Source of the DNA: a virus
Lineage: Duplodnaviria; Caudoviricetes
Strand: one strand, 5' to 3'
Length of the DNA: 64,000 bases
Virus record (IMG/VR): IMGVR_UViG_3300020388_000010
The position numbers and the translations under genes were made by a program. Each line of letters begins with the position of its first letter. Position 1 is the stretch's first letter. The notes under the pieces were generated by a model, which worked only from the letters and a program-made list of their open reading frames with translations, did not search any database and was not told the origin of the DNA. Positions 26,582 to 34,674 of this stretch are shown here, piece after piece.

Positions 26582-26731
26582 ATGAGTATTATTTCAACTC
26601 CTTGCATCAAAGTATGCAGACTAGTCAGTAATAAGTGTGAAGGTTGCAACAGAACTTTCAATCAAATACAGAACTGGCTATCATATTCCGAGAACAAAAG
26701 AAAAAGAATAATGGAGAAGTTAAATGGATAA
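26582..26731 (+). CDS. DUF1289/YdhL-like predicted Fe-S protein (not in track)
   Basis: STPCIKVC......CEGCNRT..QI.NW..YSE..R..IM. Confidence 0.85.
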   Translation: MSIISTPCIKVCRLVSNKCEGCNRTFNQIQNWLSYSENKRKRIMEKLNG

Positions 26732-27281
26732 CGACCCATACTTACAGTTAATGAATGAAATGAAAAGTATTCGTAAAGAAATGAAAGAACTCAATGATAA
26801 GTTAGATAGTCATATCTCATTCATAGAGGGAATATATAGTGGTTTACGCCACCCAATAGATAAAGTAAAGGATTGGTTCAAATGATTAGTGATAGAACAA
26901 AACAGTTAGTAGATAAATTTATACAAGAGGGAGTTAACTCACCAGTAAGAGGGTGGAGTATGTCAGAGGTATTAGAAAAGGTTAGAAAAGTAAAAGGTAG
27001 TGTACCACAAGCTCGTGAGTATATACTGGATAGTTATGACCGTAAGCATCATAATATGCTTAATGAATGAGAAGAGATGAGATAAATATGAAGTTATTGA
27101 TAATCATTATAATAGTAACCTTAACATCTTTTTGTTCTATGAGGGAACAAGGAGAGGTTATATTACAAGAAAGAGAAAAGAATTTAGAATGGATTCCGAC
27201 CCTATTGAGATAATCATCAATATGATCTGTGTATCTATTGTATCAATTCTTTTTCTATTAACTTAAAGAAAGGAGAAACCT

Positions 27282-27404
27282 ATGAGAGTATTATTAGTTG
27301 CATTACTACTGAGTGTCGGTGCGTGTGCAGATAAAGGATATGAAGTATTACCAAATCACGACCATATTAAATGTACTGGTAAATGTGATGTTAGATTAAA
27401 GTAG
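27282..27404 (+). CDS. Small lipoprotein (not in track)
   Basis: AGGAG RBS; MRVLLVALLLSVGA-C lipobox. Confidence 0.65.
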   Translation: MRVLLVALLLSVGACADKGYEVLPNHDHIKCTGKCDVRLK

Positions 27405-27506
27405 GTCTGAAATCCCCTCCGAAAAAAATCTTTAAAAAAAATCTTTGTGAGGGTTGACTTATTCTGAGAGGTATGTTATATTAATAATAAGAAAGAGAAG
27501 GTAAAT

Positions 27507-27773
27507 ATGGAACAACTTGAATTATTTGATATTAAAGACCTAGTTTTGGCTGGGTTAAGTTTTGAACAACCTAAACCAGGCAGTTTTGTTTGGTATGAAG
27601 AATGGCACGAGGATTATATTAATCCGAGAAGTGGTTATTGTTATGTTCAAAAGTTGGATGTTGATTTTAACTTTATCTGTTATGATGCAGAGAATAAAAG
27701 ACATCTAGTGTTAAGACATCACGAGATTAAGAGAGTTGATGAGTTAAGAGAATGGACACCAAAAAAACAATAA
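27507..27773 (+). CDS. Hypothetical protein
   Basis: Promoter TTGACT..TATATT and RBS upstream. Confidence 0.6.
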   Translation: MEQLELFDIKDLVLAGLSFEQPKPGSFVWYEEWHEDYINPRSGYCYVQKLDVDFNFICYDAENKRHLVLRHHEIKRVDELREWTPKKQ

Positions 27774-27876
27774 ACGATATAGAGTTCTGGGAGCATTACT
27801 GTCCTATTGAGCAAGATATTATGGGAACTGAAAAAGGGTGTCCTTGTAATTGGTGTGATAAAACTGAGGAAGATAT

Positions 27877-28134
27877 ATGAAATGGTTATTAGTATTAAGT
27901 GTTACTATCTTACATAATGATGGTGCATTTCCAGCCAAGACTTATGAAATGCGAGGTTATACAGACTTCGGACAATGTTCACAAGCAAAAGCTGATGTAG
28001 ATTACATTTTTAAAAACAAACACGAAACAGTTGTAGTTCTTGCAGACTGTTTTACAGATGAGTCTTACGGTGAGTTTCTTAATCGTAAGCAAGAAGGTAA
28101 AGACAAAGGTAGAAAACTTTTGGAGATTAAATAA
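27877..28134 (+). CDS. Small secreted two-Cys protein
   Basis: MKWLLVLSV, TDFGQC...ADC. Confidence 0.6.
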   Translation: MKWLLVLSVTILHNDGAFPAKTYEMRGYTDFGQCSQAKADVDYIFKNKHETVVVLADCFTDESYGEFLNRKQEGKDKGRKLLEIK

Positions 28135-28337
28135 TGTTTGGTGCGATTAAAGAAATAATGAAAGACACCTATATCTTTTTACGAGATATGTGGTTTGCAA
28201 TAGAGGACTTCTTTGAGTTCAAAGTATGGCCTCATAGATTAGAATGGCTGATTGCATTAACTGGATTACTTACTGCATTTAATATTATACTATTAATGCA
28301 TATTGCATTTAATGTTGACTTAGGGTGTATTCAATGA
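28134..28337 (+). CDS. Hypothetical membrane protein
   Basis: C-terminal TM. Confidence 0.55.
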   Translation: MFGAIKEIMKDTYIFLRDMWFAIEDFFEFKVWPHRLEWLIALTGLLTAFNIILLMHIAFNVDLGCIQ

Positions 28338-28546
28338 CAACTATATGGAAGATTAATTCAGAGAAGATTGCAAAACGACACGGAAGAAATACTTTTGACA
28401 AGTTGAGTAATGCAGAAGCAAAGAAAATAGGATATTGTTATTGTGTTCCCTACACAAATAAAGAAGCAATCAAAGAATATCGTAAAGGTTATGAAGAAGA
28501 ACAAAGACAAAGACAAGAAGAGTTGATGAAAGGAGGTAGTAAATGA
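28325..28546 (+). CDS. Hypothetical protein
   Basis: ORF in operon. Confidence 0.5.
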   Translation: MYSMTTIWKINSEKIAKRHGRNTFDKLSNAEAKKIGYCYCVPYTNKEAIKEYRKGYEEEQRQRQEELMKGGSK

Positions 28547-28669
28547 TGAGACTTATATGTGGTATTCTCATAGGTTTTTATCTGGTCTACAAGTTCCCCA
28601 TAGAAAAAGATGTGGAGAACGCAATGCGTGGTGCAGATGAAGTCTTTGGTGCGATTATGGATTCAGTAG

Positions 28670-28888
28670 ATGACGGTATTGGACGACAAGATAATTCTCT
28701 TTCCGAGTGAGAAAGAATTTAAGATAGAGTTTTTAATTGATGAAGAAGTATCAATGAGAGGCTCTGATAAAAATATACAATGGACGATTGACCATAACTT
28801 TGGTACTGCAATCGTCATTGCAAGAACACGAGAACAAGCAAAGCAATATGTTTGCGATTGTATTGATGTGTTAGAATGGATAGAATAA
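28670..28888 (+). CDS. Hypothetical protein
   Basis: ORF in operon. Confidence 0.55.
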   Translation: MTVLDDKIILFPSEKEFKIEFLIDEEVSMRGSDKNIQWTIDHNFGTAIVIARTREQAKQYVCDCIDVLEWIE

Positions 28889-29115
28889 TGGATAGAGATA
28901 GAATATGTGTGTTAATTTTAGTTGTAATGTTTGCAACACTTTACCTTGTAGGAAGTTAATATGTGTGGTTGGTATGCACAAGAGATAGATAATGGACGAA
29001 AGAATAAACAAAATACACCACGAACTACAAAACCACTTCTCAAGCGAAGTACCAAACCCATACAATTACCCTAAATGTTTTTGGTATTATTTAAAAGTTT
29101 ACAAGTTTGATAGAG

Positions 29116-29757
29116 ATGAAGGTAGAGTTAATAGATAAAATGGGTACGGACTTGTCTGTAGTAAATGCAGCTAGAGTTTCGTATGCAAAAATAAAAGAAG
29201 AATTTGAAAGAACAGATGAACGATTAATTCGTTATCTTGCAGAACATAAGCACTGGTCGCCCTTCGCACATACCTTTCTTTCTTTTCGCATAAAGGCGCC
29301 AGTGTTTGTGGCTAGACAGTTGGTTAAACATCAAGTGGGTTTAGTCTGGAATGAAGAAAGTCGTAGGTATATTTCTGATGACCCAGAAATTTATAATATT
29401 CGTAAGTGGAGAGAGAAACCAGAGAGTAGTAAGCAGGGAAGTGGAGAACAGATTCTAATATCCCAAGAACTCAATCTAGAAGTGAGTGAACATTTACAAC
29501 AAGGTTTAAGTTTATATAATCGTTTACTACTAGAAAATGTTGCACCAGAACAAGCTCGTGCAGTATTACCACAGAGTATGTATACTAATTGGATATGGTC
29601 TGGAACTCTTTACGCATTTGCGAGAGTATGTGAGTTGCGTTTAGATGCACATTCACAAAAAGAAACTCAAGAGATTGCACAGCAATTAAATATTCATTGT
29701 CAAGATGCGTTTCCGATTAGTTGGAAATACTTGACAAAAGAAAAAGATGAGGTATAA
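29116..29757 (+). CDS. thyX: Flavin-dependent thymidylate synthase
   Basis: VVNAARVS, H.HWSPF, ARQLVKH...WNEESRRY, APEQARAVLP, HSQKE. Confidence 0.95.
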   Translation: MKVELIDKMGTDLSVVNAARVSYAKIKEEFERTDERLIRYLAEHKHWSPFAHTFLSFRIKAPVFVARQLVKHQVGLVWNEESRRYISDDPEIYNIRKWREKPESSKQGSGEQILISQELNLEVSEHLQQGLSLYNRLLLENVAPEQARAVLPQSMYTNWIWSGTLYAFARVCELRLDAHSQKETQEIAQQLNIHCQDAFPISWKYLTKEKDEV

Positions 29758-29832
29758 TATGAATAATAAATGGTTTAAAGGATTCCTATTTGGTGTTCTG
29801 ACAACAATAACTGTTTTAATACTATTAGTTAG

Positions 29833-30030
29833 ATGAGATTAGAAAGTGATATATTAAGAGATGCAATCAATGATTGTGGCTCTATGATTCGTAAGTATCA
29901 AGATGACGAAACCAAAGCAGACATTCGTGGATTTTGGTGGGAACAAGTTATCAAACTTACGAAGAAAAGAAAGAATGTTCTCAAACAAGAACACAAAGAC
30001 CGTAAAGAGGTACTAGACTATTTGACATAA
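29833..30030 (+). CDS. Hypothetical protein
   Basis: ORF before the late operon. Confidence 0.55.
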   Translation: MRLESDILRDAINDCGSMIRKYQDDETKADIRGFWWEQVIKLTKKRKNVLKQEHKDRKEVLDYLT

Positions 30031-30038
30031 ATAAGAGT

Positions 30039-32762
30039 ATGCAAGATTATTCTTATTTTATGGGCAAGGATGGTTTTACTTGGTTTGTTGGTTGCGTAGA
30101 AGATAGAAACGACCCAGAGAGACTAGGTAGAGTTCGTGTACGGTGTCTAGGATATCACACAGAAGATAAAACCAAAATCCCAACAGAAGATTTACCGTGG
30201 GCATCAGTAATGATGCCTGTCACTACTCCATCTATGAATGGGTTAGGGGAAACACCTTCGTTTCTTACGCCAGGTTCTTGGGTTATAGGTTTCTTTACTG
30301 ATGCACAAACTATGCAAGAACCAGTTGTTATGGGAACACTGCCTGGTAGAAACGCAGTTGACAGAGATAAATCAAAAGGTTTCAATGACCCAACTAATGA
30401 ATATGTTTCAGACTTCGGGCCCTATCCATTACGATTAAATGAACCAGATGTAAGCAGACTTGCAGTTCCTAGTTTAATTCACGGAAACAGAGAAGTAAGA
30501 GATGGTGCTTATACAAAAGATGTACCGATTGCACTTGCAAGTGGATTAGGACTTGCTGGTACATTATTTAGTATAGGTGGTACTGCACTTGGATTAGGTG
30601 TTGGTGCGTTTCAAAATGCAACGAGTGGTGGGTTCTTATCTAACTTTGGTGTATCAGATGTAACTGGTGAGGGTTCACTTGCTGCTGGAATTGACATATC
30701 AGATAGTGGTGGGTCAATATTAGGTAATGTACAAAGGGGAGCACAAGTTTCTGGAACACACGCTATATTTGGTACGACCACTTCAAATCTTGCACAAGGT
30801 ATTGGAGATTTTGCACAAGCTGGTGTTGTAGGAAGAGCTGCACAAGGTTCTACATCTTTATTTGACAAATTAGGAGCTACATTTAAAAATTTAAGTTTTA
30901 AGGGTTTTACAAATGTTCTTCCAAGAACATTTAGTTCTATTGATTCTGCATCAAAAATTGCTGTGACTGCACAAGCAGTCGGTAAACTTTCATCTGGTAA
31001 TTTGTCGCCTGGTGGTGTAGTAGCTGCACTTGCATCAACACCGATTGGTTCAGAGATTATTAATACAGTTGCAGAACCAGTTACAGACACTTTGACTGGT
31101 TTGATAAGTGAAGAAACAAATGGATTTCTAACAGACAATTTTGGAACTATTGTAGATGTAGGAGCTGCAGCTTATCAACTTGCAGATGGTGATACATTGT
31201 TAGGTTTAACAACTGGTATAACAGCAACATTTAATGCCTTTAATGCAGACACTCATATTGATATAGGTGATTATAAAGTAAGTTTACCACAAGTAACAAA
31301 TACACTTTCAGATGTTATTAAAACTGGTTTACTTGCACCAACAACAAGGTCTGGTTATATTCTTGCTGGTGCAAAATTATTAAGTGCAGTTGACCCACTT
31401 TCAACTGTTGGTGGTGTTGATGAAAGAATGTCAAGGTATCTTTATGATAGTATCACGGTAGATTCACAAGGTAATATAACATCAGATGGTGCAATAAATT
31501 CAATAACTAATTTTGGTGTAGATGCATCAACAGCCCTTGCAAAAAGATATGGTGAAGACTATAAAATAGAATTACAAAAATACGGTGGTAGAATTCCAAC
31601 AAGAGATGAGAATCCCCAATACCACGACACGATAGTAGATACATTTAGAAGTACACAATCTGGAGGCAAAGTATTTAACTCAGCATCTGGTTGGAACTTT
31701 GTAAATAATAGTACCAACGATAGTGATTTAAATAGTTTGACAGATGAACTTGCAAATTTACTTCCAGATTTTGATGCAAGTAAGGGTGGTAATTTTAATT
31801 CTAGTGGTATGGCAATAACAGAAAACTGGTTGGATACTGCAAAATATTTACAAGACGGTGATGGTAATTTTGTCAATAGAAATGATGCAGTCACAGATGC
31901 TTTTGTAGAACAAAAAGCAAGACAAATATCTGAAAATTTATTAATAGAAAATAAAGGTAAAGAAAAAGAATTAATTTTAAGAACAGCAGAAAAACTAGGT
32001 GTAGACATATCAATCAAACCAGACCCAGTTGCAAATGCAATTACAATAGAAACACAAACTGGTAGAAGAACAACCACAGGCCCTACAACTACAAGTGGTG
32101 GTTATTGGAGTGAACCAAGAACAACTGATACTAATTTTACTGGTACAAGAGTGAGTGGTATCTCTACTGAAACTGGACAACCAAGAAATGAAAAGATGAG
32201 AGTTGACCCAGAGTATCCTTACAATCACGCAAGGGAAACAGAGTCTGGACACATCAAAGAGTATGATGATACGCCTGGTGCAGAAAGAATTATGGAATTC
32301 CATAGGACTGGAACATTCTATGAGGTAGATTCAGATGGTACAAAAATGACAAGAGTTGTAGGACATAATTATGAGGTTGTTGCTGGTAATGATTTTGTAA
32401 ACATTAAAGGTGCTTGTAATTTAACGATTGACCAAAACTGTAATACCTACATTAAAGGAAACTGGAATATACAAGTAGACGGAAGTAAAACTGAAGTAAT
32501 CAAAGGTTCACGAATGACAATGATTATGGGTGCAGATACATTAAACATAGCTGCAATGAGAAGTAAAGTTGTGGGTGCAGCTGAAAGTAATGCGATAGGT
32601 GGTGCTCAAACTGATACTGTTGGTGGTGCTCAAATAACTTCAGTAGGTGGTTATATATCACGAAAAGCTGGTGCAAAGATAGGTGATATGGCTGGTGGAG
32701 CATATACTGCAACTGCTGGTGGTTTCTATAAAGTAACTGCACCAAGAATTGACTTGAACTAG
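30039..32762 (+). CDS. gp5: gp5 baseplate central spike with a large central insertion and no lysozyme domain
   Basis: WFVGCVEDRNDPERLGRVRVRC OB-fold, YPYNH..ETESGH..EYDDTPG, beta-helix repeats, ends IDLN. Confidence 0.93.
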   Translation: MQDYSYFMGKDGFTWFVGCVEDRNDPERLGRVRVRCLGYHTEDKTKIPTEDLPWASVMMPVTTPSMNGLGETPSFLTPGSWVIGFFTDAQTMQEPVVMGTLPGRNAVDRDKSKGFNDPTNEYVSDFGPYPLRLNEPDVSRLAVPSLIHGNREVRDGAYTKDVPIALASGLGLAGTLFSIGGTALGLGVGAFQNATSGGFLSNFGVSDVTGEGSLAAGIDISDSGGSILGNVQRGAQVSGTHAIFGTTTSNLAQGIGDFAQAGVVGRAAQGSTSLFDKLGATFKNLSFKGFTNVLPRTFSSIDSASKIAVTAQAVGKLSSGNLSPGGVVAALASTPIGSEIINTVAEPVTDTLTGLISEETNGFLTDNFGTIVDVGAAAYQLADGDTLLGLTTGITATFNAFNADTHIDIGDYKVSLPQVTNTLSDVIKTGLLAPTTRSGYILAGAKLLSAVDPLSTVGGVDERMSRYLYDSITVDSQGNITSDGAINSITNFGVDASTALAKRYGEDYKIELQKYGGRIPTRDENPQYHDTIVDTFRSTQSGGKVFNSASGWNFVNNSTNDSDLNSLTDELANLLPDFDASKGGNFNSSGMAITENWLDTAKYLQDGDGNFVNRNDAVTDAFVEQKARQISENLLIENKGKEKELILRTAEKLGVDISIKPDPVANAITIETQTGRRTTTGPTTTSGGYWSEPRTTDTNFTGTRVSGISTETGQPRNEKMRVDPEYPYNHARETESGHIKEYDDTPGAERIMEFHRTGTFYEVDSDGTKMTRVVGHNYEVVAGNDFVNIKGACNLTIDQNCNTYIKGNWNIQVDGSKTEVIKGSRMTMIMGADTLNIAAMRSKVVGAAESNAIGGAQTDTVGGAQITSVGGYISRKAGAKIGDMAGGAYTATAGGFYKVTAPRIDLN

Positions 32763-32771
32763 GAGAAATAA

Positions 32772-32909
32772 ATGGCTAAAAAAATGAATACAATGTCAGT
32801 CTACGAACCTACTTTTAAAAGAACATCTATTGGTAGGGGTAAAATTAAAACTTCTACTATGAATAAACATAAAAGAAGTAGTTGGAAGAAGTATCGTGGA
32901 CAAGGATAA
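32772..32909 (+). CDS. Small basic protein ending KKYRGQG (not in track)
   Basis: AGGAGA RBS; MAKKMNTMSVYEPTFKRTSIGRGKIKTSTMNKHKRSSWKKYRGQG. Confidence 0.75.
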   Translation: MAKKMNTMSVYEPTFKRTSIGRGKIKTSTMNKHKRSSWKKYRGQG

Positions 32910-33805
32910 TGGTAACAATATCACCTTCATCAAGGTTTGCAAGTGTAGTTAGACAACAGAATGGTCATAGTCAAGTATTTTCAAGAACTGTAACTGCGAC
33001 TCCAGGCCCAAACGAAGTAATAGTTTCTACATCTTTATCTTTAGATAGAGAGTTTCATAATTTTTATTTAGAACCAGCAACCACTAACTCAATAGATAAC
33101 ATTATTACAGAAGATGATGATAACATTGTTTTTAATAGAACTAATTTATCTGGTGCAGATGCTGGAGATAAATTACAATTAGAAGCCGCAATAGTTGATG
33201 CAAATGTATTATTAGAAGAAGGAACTCCAGTTAGTGATGAAGATGAGGTGCGAGCAGACACAGATGTAATTTTATTAGAAGACACACTTGCAGACAGTGA
33301 ACCAGATATTTCAATTTCAAATGGTACTAGAAGTGCAACAACATCTGGATTTTATAGTCGTAGGTTTACTGATATTGGTCAGTTTGTTATTAAAGGAGAA
33401 AGTGATTTATTTTCTGGGAGTTTTGATTTTACTGGTATAGATAAGATGCCTTTAAATCATAATGATGAGTCTTTAGGAAAAAAATATACATTGTATAGTA
33501 TGAATCCAGATTTTACTGACCAATACAGATTTACATATAGTGTTACAGTATTGTATTATGAAGAACTAGAAATATCGGAAACTGACCCCATAACTTCAAC
33601 CACGACAACACATAAAATAAGAAGTAGTATAAAAACATTTTCTGCAACATTAACACACGCTGTGATAAATGATTTATCATTTATAGGAAGATATGTAAGT
33701 AGTTATTATGCACAAAATAGAATACAATTAGAAGATGATGAAGATGGAATAAATGATGAAGCATTTATATTATTAGAGGATGAAAACTTTGTTATTACAG
33801 AGTAA
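32909..33805 (+). CDS. Acidic structural protein with ILLED-type repeats
   Basis: TAATG coupling to the upstream gene; repeats shared with gp7. Confidence 0.65.
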   Translation: MVTISPSSRFASVVRQQNGHSQVFSRTVTATPGPNEVIVSTSLSLDREFHNFYLEPATTNSIDNIITEDDDNIVFNRTNLSGADAGDKLQLEAAIVDANVLLEEGTPVSDEDEVRADTDVILLEDTLADSEPDISISNGTRSATTSGFYSRRFTDIGQFVIKGESDLFSGSFDFTGIDKMPLNHNDESLGKKYTLYSMNPDFTDQYRFTYSVTVLYYEELEISETDPITSTTTTHKIRSSIKTFSATLTHAVINDLSFIGRYVSSYYAQNRIQLEDDEDGINDEAFILLEDENFVITE

Positions 33806-33832
33806 TAGTATAAATAATCATAGGAAAAGAAT

Positions 33833-34234
33833 ATGGCATTTAATTACACACCAGGCACAGCTTGTAGAATTGGCGACATAGATTTAGTTCATTGTAGTAC
33901 ACCACACCGTATGCAAGGTTCACCTAATGTTTTTGCAGAAAGTTTGCCTTGGAGTTGTCAAGGACATTTAAATACACCACATCTATTACCTTGTATATTG
34001 GGTTGCTGTGGTCATTTAGCTCCGATTGCAAAAGGTTCTACCACTGTATTTGTTAATGGTTTAGGTGCTGGTAGAGTAGGTGATGGTATAGCTGGTTGCA
34101 CACAAGTTTTTGCATCTGATAATAAAACTGTTTTTGCTGGTGCTGGTGGTGGTGCAGTAACTGGAAGTCAAGTTGACCCTCAACAGATAATTGATGATAG
34201 AATTCAAGCAGTATTTGAAGGGACGGCCGCATAA
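33833..34234 (+). CDS. PAAR-like spike tip protein (gp5.4-like)
   Basis: ACRIGD, GSPNVF, GSTTVFVNG.GAGRVGD; late promoter at 33809. Confidence 0.88.
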   Translation: MAFNYTPGTACRIGDIDLVHCSTPHRMQGSPNVFAESLPWSCQGHLNTPHLLPCILGCCGHLAPIAKGSTTVFVNGLGAGRVGDGIAGCTQVFASDNKTVFAGAGGGAVTGSQVDPQQIIDDRIQAVFEGTAA

Positions 34235-34674
34235 TGTCATTAACTGGAAATTTATTATTTGATGCACAAATAAATAACGAGAGACGAAGTAATCGTATCT
34301 TTAAGGATTTGAGTTTAAACTTTAATCAGAATCCAGTTACTAAAGATATTACTAAAGTTACAGATGTAGAGGCAATCAAAAGAAGTGTTAGAAATCTTAT
34401 ATCATTAAATCATTATGAAAAACCTTTTCACCCAGAGATAGGTTCTAATATTAGACAATCTTTATTTGAACCTTTAAACACATTAACTGCTGGAGTATTA
34501 ACTCACAACATCACTAATGTTTTAGAAACACACGAACCAAGAATTTTATTACATAGAGTTGATTGCACACCAGACATAGACAGAAATGCTTATAATATTA
34601 GATTAGACTTTTTTATTATTAATGCAACAACTGAACTAATATCATTTGAGTTTATACTAGAGAGAATAAGATAA
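34234..34674 (+). CDS. gp25: gp25 baseplate wedge subunit
   Basis: FKDLSL.F, AIKRSVRNL, EKPFHPEIGS, HEPRI. Confidence 0.95.
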   Translation: MSLTGNLLFDAQINNERRSNRIFKDLSLNFNQNPVTKDITKVTDVEAIKRSVRNLISLNHYEKPFHPEIGSNIRQSLFEPLNTLTAGVLTHNITNVLETHEPRILLHRVDCTPDIDRNAYNIRLDFFIINATTELISFEFILERIR

